Shown one piece after another: positions 1 to 7,603 of a DNA stretch of 24,419 nucleotides (its first letter is position 1; each line of letters begins with the position of its first letter). Under the pieces are notes generated by a model that did no database searches, was not told the DNA's origin, and saw only the letters and a program-made list of their open reading frames with translations. The translations under genes were made by a program, and so were the position numbers. The DNA comes from Planctomycetaceae bacterium (GTDB lineage Bacteria; Planctomycetota; Planctomycetia; Pirellulales; Thermoguttaceae): positions 1 through 24,419 of the forward strand of contig JAITQV010000483.1 in NCBI GenBank assembly GCA_031288765.1. The letters are read 5' to 3'.

Positions 1-780
1 GGTTTGTTCGCCCAACTTTTGTAAATTTTCCTTTTGTAAGGCAAAATACACCCGCCATGCCTCATGTTCCGCTTCTATTTGTTTGCGTTCATCCATGTCG
101 CTTGCACAATAATGCAATATATCAATAATCCGGCGAATATTTTCGTCATCAATAACATGTTTATAATCTTTATATATTTCATCGGTACCGATAAAATGTT
201 TCTGTTCAAATACACTCAACAGTTTGTCCAATTTTGTCTGATATCTGTTACTTTCTATTTTAGGTGTTTGTACCATAACACAGTCGTGCGTCAACAACTC
301 TATGAAATAACAGCGTTTGTTGATAACCGTTCCATGTATTGCGTCATAATATTTCCGGTTTACCCTCACACAAGCAGTATCAATATCGGAAAACGTATCG
401 CCTACAATATAAATCGTAACTACCGGCAGTATTTCACGTTTGCCGTTAACAGTGTCTTCACGTTTGTACTCCTCTGCAAGATAGTTACGGAAACGCATAA
501 TATCTATATTGGAAAATGCTTTCTGCATTTCTATGAGTACTTTCTTATATTCGCCGGTTTCGGTTTTAATGGTTGCAACGAAATCAAGCCGCATTAACCG
601 CAACAAAGGAGCATGTTTGGCTTCATTCTCGTCCGACCTGTAATAACTTAACTCCTGCGATTTGGCATCAATAAATATGACCGTTTGGTCAAGCAAAGTA
701 CTGATAATAAATTTCGCAGTGTCCACATCTTCCATTAAATGTTTGAACACGCTGTCATAAATCGGATTTGCTATTAACAT
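1..780 (-). CDS. Rpn-like / PD-(D/E)XK nuclease-family protein, partial (3' end runs off the window)
   Basis: Hand translation of the minus strand from ATG at 780 gives 260 stop-free codons to the edge: MLIANPIYDSVFKHLMED...RLDFVATIKTETGEYKKVLIEMQK...LQKLGEQT. The N-terminal P-x-x-D-x-x-F-K and the R-x-D...I-E-M-Q motif match the Rpn/PDDEXK_2 pattern. Not in the supplied ORF track. Confidence 0.8.
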   Translation of the reverse strand, partial: MLIANPIYDSVFKHLMEDVDTAKFIISTLLDQTVIFIDAKSQELSYYRSDENEAKHAPLLRLMRLDFVATIKTETGEYKKVLIEMQKAFSNIDIMRFRNYLAEEYKREDTVNGKREILPVVTIYIVGDTFSDIDTACVRVNRKYYDAIHGTVINKRCYFIELLTHDCVMVQTPKIESNRYQTKLDKLLSVFEQKHFIGTDEIYKDYKHVIDDENIRRIIDILHYCASDMDERKQIEAEHEAWRVYFALQKENLQKLGEQT

Positions 781-1022
781 AATCTTGTCTTTTTAATTTA
801 TGTAATATTTCAAAGTTTTTTGTTTCTCAATTTAATCCTACGGGGATAATTATCCATAATCACTGGCGTAACAAATTACAGCCTACGACCCAATCCCTTG
901 AATTGTTATAGATTTAAAAGTTAAAAATCATCTACGGCATTACGAATAATACTATTCTTAATGCCAATAGTATTTAAGGGACTTGGTAGTAAGGACATTG
1001 AAAAAAGATTGCGTTGTTGGGG

Positions 1023-2351
1023 TCAATCCCGTTGGTTTAATTCGGCATAGTCAATCCAAATGGAAGGTAAAGGTTCGTATAATTTGGCTTCTTCTTCTGT
1101 TTTGGGCGGTTCGAGCGGTCTCACCACACGAAAACCGACATAAGCCGCGTCCGTTACCCACCAAATACTTTGCGGGAATTGCGGGTCTTGTTGTTTCCAT
1201 GTTGTTTCCGAATACAGCCGCCGTGCGGAACGAAGATTAATTGCTTCGTCGTCTTCACAATTTCCGCCGCGTGCGACCTGCCCGAAGCCGTCTCCTTTGG
1301 GCGGTTTAACCGGAACTCCAAAAGAATTGGGTTTTCGGTTCGCATACGTTTTTACGTCGTATTGTTCAAGAACCCATTCGGACAAATTGCCGTGCATGTC
1401 GTAAAGCCCCCACGCGTTGGGTTTTTTAGTCATGATTTTCTTGGAAGAGCCGTCGCTGTTGTCGAAAAACCATGCGTAATCTCCGAGTTTATTTTCGTCA
1501 TCGCCGAAAGAATATGCGGTTGTGGAACCGGCACGGCAAGCGTATTCCCATTCCGCCTCCGTCGGCAACCGGTAATAACGTCCGGTAATCATCATTAACC
1601 ACCGGCAATAGAGTTGCGCGGCGTATGCGGTCATTCCGCTGGCGGGATATCCGATTTTCCCGGCGTTATCGTGGCTGATGGAACTAATATCATACGGCGG
1701 AGTCGGCGACGCCAACGCATCCGCTAATTTTTCCCGCTCCGTAAGTTGGGATTTTTCTTTCCGGCTATCTCGCAAAATTTTAAGCGCAAACTGTTCAAAC
1801 TCTTTCCATGTGGTTTCGTGTTCCGCAATCCAAAAGGGTTTAAGTTCGACTTCGTGTTGGGGACTTTCGTCGTTGCGGCGACCTTTTTCATTTTCGGGGC
1901 TGCCCATCAAAAATTTTCCGCCTTTAAGGGGAATCATCTTGAACGTCTGATCCGAACCGGCAATTTTTTCAACATACAGCTTCATTTCGGATTCCGTTTT
2001 GGCGTCGGCGTTGTCCACCGGAACGGGGTCTTTAAGAAATTCCAACGACGATTTGAAAAACGGATTTTTGAGGTTTTCGCGTTTTCGGGCGGAAATTTCC
2101 TGCGCGGTTTTGGGTTCGGCGGTTGCGGCAACCGGCGCCGGATCGGGAACAACCGATGTTTCGGTTGGAGTTGTTGGGGAAGTTTCGGGAGTTGTTGACG
2201 GAGTTTCAGGAGTTGTTGGCGAAGTGGTTCCGGGCGAAACCGGAGAACTTGGCAACGGCGGCGGCAACGGTTTTGATGATTCACGGCACCGGCTGCCGGA
2301 GGCAACGAGAATCAAAACGGCAAACAGGATAACAGTTGATATTTTTTTCAT
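1023..2351 (-). CDS. Secreted formylglycine-generating-enzyme-fold (SUMF1/EgtB/PvdO family) protein with Pro/Thr-rich linker
   Basis: Motifs FLMGS, DESPQHEV, YYRLPTEAEWEYACRAG, KPNAWGLYDMHGNLSEW, RGG, GFRVVR; N-terminal basic+hydrophobic signal; SD-like GAGGAA about 6 nt upstream. Confidence 0.92.
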   Translation of the reverse strand: MKKISTVILFAVLILVASGSRCRESSKPLPPPLPSSPVSPGTTSPTTPETPSTTPETSPTTPTETSVVPDPAPVAATAEPKTAQEISARKRENLKNPFFKSSLEFLKDPVPVDNADAKTESEMKLYVEKIAGSDQTFKMIPLKGGKFLMGSPENEKGRRNDESPQHEVELKPFWIAEHETTWKEFEQFALKILRDSRKEKSQLTEREKLADALASPTPPYDISSISHDNAGKIGYPASGMTAYAAQLYCRWLMMITGRYYRLPTEAEWEYACRAGSTTAYSFGDDENKLGDYAWFFDNSDGSSKKIMTKKPNAWGLYDMHGNLSEWVLEQYDVKTYANRKPNSFGVPVKPPKGDGFGQVARGGNCEDDEAINLRSARRLYSETTWKQQDPQFPQSIWWVTDAAYVGFRVVRPLEPPKTEEEAKLYEPLPSIWIDYAELNQRD

Positions 2352-2610
2352 TAGGTGTTCCTCGCAACTATTAAAGGAGAAAAAACTTGACGGGCGAAGA
2401 CTTCAGGGATTTCCGAAACGTATCGGTAAAATGTCCGCTTCGTCCAAAACCATACGATTTCATTATTTTACAAACTTGTTGAGAAATTAAAAGGAGTAAA
2501 AAGGAAATTTTTTTGATTTCGGGAAAAATGAGGTAAAAAAGAAGCGGCGGGTTATCAATTAAAGCCAGCGAATGGTTAACGCGAAATTTTTTCTTAAAGA
2601 TTTCTAATCA

Positions 2611-2660
2611 AGAGGTCGGCGGCGGTGGGTGAAAACTCTTCGGCGAGCGATTGCCTACCT
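2611..2660 (-). repeat. GTAG-tagged REP-like element copy
   Basis: TGGGTGAAAACTCTTCGGCGAGCGATTGCCTACCT is the reverse complement of the family core AGGTAGGCAAYCGYTCGCCGAA plus the GGGYTTTCACCCA module; matches copies at 6703 and 6813. Confidence 0.85.
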
Positions 2661-2685
2661 TTTGTTGGCATACTTTTAAAAAAAC

Positions 2686-2740
2686 TCCGCTTGCGTACTA
2701 TCCATGATCCGCTATCAACTCTCAACTCTCCACTATTTTT
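2686..2740 (+). repeat. TCCGCWTGCGW-(heptamer)n module
   Basis: TCCGCTTGCGT followed by six 7-mers ACTATCC ATGATCC GCTATCA ACTCTCA ACTCTCC ACTATTT; same head and same first and last heptamer as 21574-21612 (minus). Confidence 0.75.
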
Positions 2741-2945
2741 TGAACCTCGTTATTGACGGAAATCATAAGATCAGTTACCATACTTCGCTTAGTAATACTT
2801 CGTTTAGTAATCTTTTAAACGGTCAATCTGTTGCCGTTTTGAAAGATTAGGATTTTAGGGTTTAATGTTGGAACTTATTTTGGAACTTTATTATTGTATC
2901 GGCTCCTTTTAGCAACTTTTATCAACTTCTAACTCACCACCGGTA

Positions 2946-3947
2946 ATGCAAACTTTACAAACATCATTAACAACTTTTACTTTGCTCATAACGGTAATTT
3001 TGCCGTTTTCTTTATTCGGAGCGGAAACAAATTCCGGTGTTAAACCGCCGGTTTTGACCGGTTTTGCCCCGCTCACCGAAACCGAATTGCAAAACGGTTG
3101 GATTCGTCTTTTCGACGGAGTTTCCCTTTACGGTTGGCGGTCAATCGAAGGAAAATACACAATACAACACGGTTTATTGATAAGCGATCCGAACCAAAAC
3201 GGCGTTATTCGTTTTACAAGCCGGTTCGGTAACAGTATTCTGACAGGGGAACGGCGCCCCGCCGATTCGCAAGGGAATTGGGTTCCGTTTACGCTTAGTA
3301 TGAAAACAAGCCGGTCCGACCGCACAGGAATACCGGACATCACATTGGATTCGGGACAATTTCGCAATATCAAAATCCAACCCCAAGAAATGAAACCGAT
3401 TTTCGACGGTAAAACGTTAAACGGTTGGACGGTTCGAGCCAAAGCCGACACGAAAGTTGATGCCAAAGCGGAGAACGGGGCAATTCGTTTGACCGGCGGT
3501 TCCGGCTCCCTCGAATCCGAAGAACAATACGCCGACTTCATCCTGCAACTGGAATATAAAACCGATAAACCCGTCAATTCCGGTGTTTTTTTCCGTTGCC
3601 TGCCGGGGGAATTGATGAACGGTTATGAATGTCAGATTTTTAACAATCCTCCGGCGGCGGATTACAAAAAGTTTATCGGAACGGACACTGGAGGGATTTT
3701 CCGGCGTCAGGTTGGGCGTAATGTTGCTCCAAAGGACGGGCAATGGAATTATTTAACCGTTTTTGCACGGGGTGCGCAAATTTCAACATGGGTGAATGGG
3801 ATTCAAACCGCCGACTGGCTTGACGAACGCGATCCCGACCCGAATCCGAGAAAAGGTTGCCGAACCGAAGCCGGAACCATTCAATTTCAAGGACATGACC
3901 CCGAAACCAACATCTTGTTCAGAAATATCCGAATCGGAATACTGTAA
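2946..3947 (+). CDS. DUF1080 (3-keto-disaccharide hydrolase-like) secreted protein
   Basis: Signal peptide; truncated first repeat WIRLFDGVSLYGW; full second domain IFDGKTLNGW...YADFILQLEYK...NSGVFFR...YECQI...WNYL...WVNG...GTIQFQGHD...FRNIRI. Confidence 0.9.
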   Translation: MQTLQTSLTTFTLLITVILPFSLFGAETNSGVKPPVLTGFAPLTETELQNGWIRLFDGVSLYGWRSIEGKYTIQHGLLISDPNQNGVIRFTSRFGNSILTGERRPADSQGNWVPFTLSMKTSRSDRTGIPDITLDSGQFRNIKIQPQEMKPIFDGKTLNGWTVRAKADTKVDAKAENGAIRLTGGSGSLESEEQYADFILQLEYKTDKPVNSGVFFRCLPGELMNGYECQIFNNPPAADYKKFIGTDTGGIFRRQVGRNVAPKDGQWNYLTVFARGAQISTWVNGIQTADWLDERDPDPNPRKGCRTEAGTIQFQGHDPETNILFRNIRIGIL

Positions 3948-3982
3948 TTGGAAAATCGGAGTTCTTGGTTTATTCTTTCGGA

Positions 3983-4019
3983 AACCGTTCGGCGAGCGGT
4001 TGCGTCGGCGTTAGCCGAC
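3983..4019 (+). repeat. REP-like element copy (hairpin plus GTCGGCGTTAGCCGAC tail)
   Basis: AACCGTTC-GGC-GAGCGGTT hairpin followed by GCGTCGGCGTTAGCCGAC, a tail also at 6744-6761 and 6893-6910. Confidence 0.8.
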
Positions 4020-4045
4020 AAATTTTTGTTTTCACACGGCAATCA

Positions 4046-4277
4046 GAATCTTAACCCCGCACGGGGTGTGATGTGCATAACCGGCGGTGAAGCGCAGCGC
4101 AACCGCCGGATCAGAATCCCCAATATCATAAAGCCCCGCATGGGGCGAGATTATCAATCAACACAACCATAATCTCGTCCCTGCGGGACTTTGTGAGGAG
4201 AGGGACATCTGATCCGTAGGTTGCGCTTCGCTCCACCTACGGTTATGCACATCTCGTCCCTTGCGGGACTAAGATTC
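4046..4277. repeat. 232-bp nested imperfect palindrome (REPIN/MITE-like)
   Basis: 70-nt arms 4046-4115 and 4208-4277 are inverted copies; inner inverted pair 4131-4154 / 4169-4190; each arm carries its own hairpins. Confidence 0.88.
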
Positions 4278-4348
4278 GGTGTTAATACCGGAAAGAAACA
4301 AATCACTAATAGATACAAACAATCAACATTTTTACCGGAACAACTTCA

Positions 4349-5224
4349 ATGACGAACAACAACTTATTTATTACGTCTATTTCTATTTTTATTGTTATCA
4401 ACGTAATCGGTTACGGACACAACAACACTGCCGCAAACACTGCCGCAGAATCTGTTTTAAATATTCCTGATGATGTGATTGTACTTGAAGGGCATACCGG
4501 TGAAGTAAGTTCCGCCGTCTTTTCCCCCGACAGTAAAAAAATTGTTACTGCAAGCTGGGATAAAACCGCGCGGATTTGGGATGCGGCAACAGGAAAAATA
4601 TTACAAAAACTCGAAGGACATACCAAAGCAATAAATTCCGTCCTTTTTTCTCCCGACGGCAAAAAAATTATTACGGCAAGCCGTGATACAACCGCCCGGA
4701 TTTGGGAGGCGGAAACAGGGAAAGAATTACAAAAACTCAAACATGACGATTATGTACGATTGGTTGCGATTTCCCCCGACAGTAAAACAATTCTGACGAC
4801 AAGTTTGGATTACACGGCGCGGGTTTGGGATGCGGCGACAGGGAAAATATTAAAAAAACTTGAAGGACATACCGATTCCATTGATTTTATTTCTTTTTCT
4901 TCTAACGGCAAAACGATTCTTACGGTGTGTTGGGACAAAACCGCGCGGATTTGGGATGTATCAACGGGAAGGGTATTACAAAAAATTGACGGTTATACGG
5001 ATCATTTTTCACGGGCTACAATTTTTTCACCCAACGGCAGAACATTTATTTTATTGAGTTTGGACAACAGTGTACGGGTTTGTGATGGGGAGACGGGCAG
5101 GGAATTACGAAAGCTTGAGGGTCATACGGGGGCGGTGTTATCGGCTGTTTTTTCTTCTAACGGCGAAAGGGTAGTTACGGCGAGTTGGGACAAAACCGCC
5201 CGTATCTGGAATCTAAAAAGATAA
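4349..5224 (+). CDS. WD40-repeat beta-propeller protein with N-terminal hydrophobic segment
   Basis: Six repeats of the type LEGHT...VFSPD.K.I.TASWDKTARIWD..TG; N-terminal hydrophobic stretch FITSISIFIVINVIG. Confidence 0.93.
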   Translation: MTNNNLFITSISIFIVINVIGYGHNNTAANTAAESVLNIPDDVIVLEGHTGEVSSAVFSPDSKKIVTASWDKTARIWDAATGKILQKLEGHTKAINSVLFSPDGKKIITASRDTTARIWEAETGKELQKLKHDDYVRLVAISPDSKTILTTSLDYTARVWDAATGKILKKLEGHTDSIDFISFSSNGKTILTVCWDKTARIWDVSTGRVLQKIDGYTDHFSRATIFSPNGRTFILLSLDNSVRVCDGETGRELRKLEGHTGAVLSAVFSSNGERVVTASWDKTARIWNLKR

Positions 5225-5232
5225 GCAACCGT

Positions 5233-6216
5233 TTAGTTAATATCGCTAACGGAAAATATATTGCGGCAATATATTGCGGGTTGATTGGTATTGGGGGGCG
5301 GATCGTTAATATTGATGGGCGTCGGCGTAAACCCCAACACAATAAACCCCAATATGCCCCAACCAAGAATCCGGCGTAACAGTGTGAGTTTTATTTTTTC
5401 GTCGGCGGTGGGCGGGTGTGTAATTCCAATCCACGCAAGCAGTATTAAAATCAACGACCAATGCCATAACCGAAACCCTATCACCAGAATAATCACCGCA
5501 CCAAAAACCACCCATGAAATACCCGTGGCACGGCGACCTAACAACGCATAAAAAACATGTCCGCCGTCGAGTTGTCCGAACGGCATCAGGTTGAGGGAAG
5601 TCAGAAACAACCCAACCCACCCCGCCAAACCTACCGGATGAAGATATAAAACAACATCGGGAGGTGTTGCCCCGAAAATCCAGTAAACCATTGATTGAAA
5701 CAACAACGGATTGCCAAACGTTATGTCCCCGCCAACCGACACCGGTACAAAATACGACCACTTAATTCCATAATAAAGACAAAACATCGTCGGAATAAGA
5801 CCGGCAAGCGGACCGGAAATCCCAATGTCAAACAACGCACGGCGGTTGGGAATACGTCCGTCCATTGCTATCACCGCACCAAGCGTCCCAAAAGGTCCAA
5901 CCGGCATGGGAATAAAATACGGAAGACTGCAACGAACCCCATACCGCTGCATTTGAATAAAATGCCCCAACTCATGGCACGTTAAAATCAACATCAGCGG
6001 CACAGAAAATAAAACCCCTTGGTAAAACTTTTGCCCGAAAATCTGCCACGCTTCCGCTGTTAATTCGCTGCCGGACAGGTTCAGTATCAGAAAAAGGCAA
6101 AACCGGTAAATTATATCGTTGTCAAGATCAAAACGTAAACCGGTTGTTGTAAGCCAGGTAACAAGGTAAAGTAAAAGAGGAAGTTGCCAGTAAATTCGGG
6201 AACGGTTCGATTGCAT
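5233..6216 (-). CDS. Site-2 protease family (M50) intramembrane metalloprotease
   Basis: HELGH (HExxH), IGISGPLAG, NLMPFGQLDGGH (NxxPxxxLDG); multiple hydrophobic segments. Confidence 0.93.
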   Translation of the reverse strand: MQSNRSRIYWQLPLLLYLVTWLTTTGLRFDLDNDIIYRFCLFLILNLSGSELTAEAWQIFGQKFYQGVLFSVPLMLILTCHELGHFIQMQRYGVRCSLPYFIPMPVGPFGTLGAVIAMDGRIPNRRALFDIGISGPLAGLIPTMFCLYYGIKWSYFVPVSVGGDITFGNPLLFQSMVYWIFGATPPDVVLYLHPVGLAGWVGLFLTSLNLMPFGQLDGGHVFYALLGRRATGISWVVFGAVIILVIGFRLWHWSLILILLAWIGITHPPTADEKIKLTLLRRILGWGILGFIVLGFTPTPININDPPPNTNQPAIYCRNIFSVSDIN

Positions 6217-6313
6217 AGATTCAGTGTTTTAATATGGTTAAGTGATTTGGTGGTTAAGTGATTTAACGATTGGGGGTAATTGGGGATTGTTCGTGTTGCG
6301 GGGGGCTTTTTTC

Positions 6314-6398
6314 CAAAGTGTTCTCAAAGTGTTCTCAAAGTGTTTCCAAAGTGTTTCCAAAGTGTTTTCGGCAGTGTTTTCGGCAGTGTTTTCGGCAG
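6314..6398 (+). repeat. 11-bp then 12-bp short tandem array
   Basis: CAAAGTGTTCT x2, CAAAGTGTTTC x2, CAAAGTGTTTT, then CGGCAGTGTTTT x2 and a partial CGGCAG. Confidence 0.9.
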
Positions 6399-6537
6399 CC
6401 GCACAAACCGCCGGATCAAGATCACGCTGATAATTTGCGAACTCGGAACCTTCAGTATATTGAACATACTATGCCGTTGCACTTCTGTCAATTGGTCGAA
6501 CATTTCAAAGAACCCTAACCGCCGAAAATTAATCGGT

Positions 6538-6643
6538 GTTAGCCGACAAATTTCTGTTTCCGCACGGCAATCGGAATCTTAACCCCGCAAGGGGTGTGAT
6601 GTGCATAACCGTAGGTGGAGCGAAGCGCAACCTACGGATCGGA
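6538..6643 (+). repeat. Solo-arm copy of the 4046-4277 element with shared upstream linker
   Basis: 106-bp near-direct repeat of 4010-4115; its hairpin CCGTAGGT-GGAGCGAAGCGCA-ACCTACGG is identical to the reverse complement of the right arm at 4213-4241. Confidence 0.88.
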
Positions 6644-6660
6644 ATTTCCAACCCGACAAA

Positions 6661-6910
6661 AGGTAGGCAACCGTTCGCCGATTTTGCGGTTAAAAATTCA
6701 CAAGGTAGGCAATCGTTCGCCGAAGGGCTTTCACCCAACGATTGCGTCGGCGTTAGCCGACAGCGAATTTGTACAATGTTGATTGCTTCGATTGCCTATC
6801 GGCAAGCGACCGTGGGTGAAAACCCTTCGGCGAAAGGTCGCCTACCTCTTAAATTGCGAATCATAAGGTAGGCAACCGCTCGCCGAACGATTGCGTCGGC
6901 GTTAGCCGAC
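6661..6910. repeat. Cluster of four REP-like copies (6661-6681 +, 6703-6761 +, 6791-6848 -, 6866-6910 +)
   Basis: AGGTAGGCAAYCGYTCGCCGA occurs three times on plus; a degenerate reverse copy ends in CCTACCTCTT at 6841-6850. Confidence 0.88.
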
Positions 6911-6927
6911 TGGGAATAAATTTGCCG

Positions 6928-7325
6928 CAAACGAGGGCAATCCCGCGGCAATCGGGGGCAATCCCAGGGCAAACGGGGGCAGATTTGCCACAACCGGGGG
7001 CAGATTCATGGCAAACGGAGGCAGATTTGCCACAAACGGGGGCAGATTTGCCACAAACGGGGGCAGATTCGTCACAAACGGGGGCAGATTCGTCACAAAC
7101 GGGGGCAGATTCATGCAAACGGGGGCAGATTCGTCACAAACGGGGGCAGATTCATGGCAAACGGGGGCAGATTTGCCACAAACGGGGGCAGATTTATCGC
7201 AAACGGGGGCAGATTTATCGCAAACGGGGGCAGATTTATCGCAAACGGGGGCAGATTTGCCACAAACGGGGGTAAGTTTACTACGAACTGGGGTAAGTTT
7301 GCAGCAATCGGGAACGAAATTAGTT
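6928..7325. repeat. 21-bp tandem array A, about 19 units, consensus CAAACGGGGGCAGATT + variable 5-mer
   Basis: Units read in register from 6928; variable tails TGCCA, CATGG, CGTCA, TATCG; one 20-bp unit at 7096-7115; degenerate units at both ends. Confidence 0.95.
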
Positions 7326-7366
7326 AATAGCGCCGCAAGCGGATTTCCTACCGCAATGGCAATAAT

Positions 7367-7416
7367 TCCGCATGCGACACGATTAATCATTCATTACTAA
7401 CTATTAACTATCAATT
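7367..7416 (+). repeat. Degenerate TCCGCATGCGA-(heptamer)n module
   Basis: TCCGCATGCGA then a 7-periodic run including ATTACTA ACTATTA ACTATCA. Confidence 0.55.
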
Positions 7417-7479
7417 GATCCCTCTCTTGCGGAATTGTATCTATTCAGTAGAATGTTTCCACAGAATAGATATGATTTG

Positions 7480-7575
7480 TTTTTAACGCAGAAGACGCTG
7501 AAATTTTGCGGAAAAACGCGGTTGTTATTGTTCTGCGTCTTTCGCGTACTTTTCCGCGTTTTCGTGTTAAAAAAA
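7480..7575. repeat. Inverted-repeat element of the TTAACGCAGAAGACGC type
   Basis: Starts TTTTTAACGCAGAAGACGC, contains TTCTGCGTCTTTCGCGT and ends GTGTTAAAAAA; roughly 9-bp periodic. Confidence 0.6.
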
Positions 7576-7603
7576 CATTCCGCCGAATAGATACGAAAAA
7601 TCA

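Noticed and set aside
64-597. 177-aa plus-strand ORF
   Set aside because: Antisense shadow of the Rpn-like gene, which has recognisable motifs; the translation has no family features.
4046-4277. Autonomous IS element
   Set aside because: No transposase ORF inside or adjacent, and no clear target-site duplication.
4349-5224. Diversity-generating retroelement explanation for repeat divergence or skew
   Set aside because: No reverse transcriptase, no template/variable repeat pair, and differences are not confined to adenines.
6400-6520. Possible gene fragment inside the repeat island
   Set aside because: Short open frames on both strands with no recognisable motif; not supportable without a search.
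6861-7400. Several overlapping ORFs across array A as real genes
   Set aside because: The unit is stop-free in most frames, so long ORFs are expected; a 20-bp unit shifts all frames; no RBS or domain evidence.
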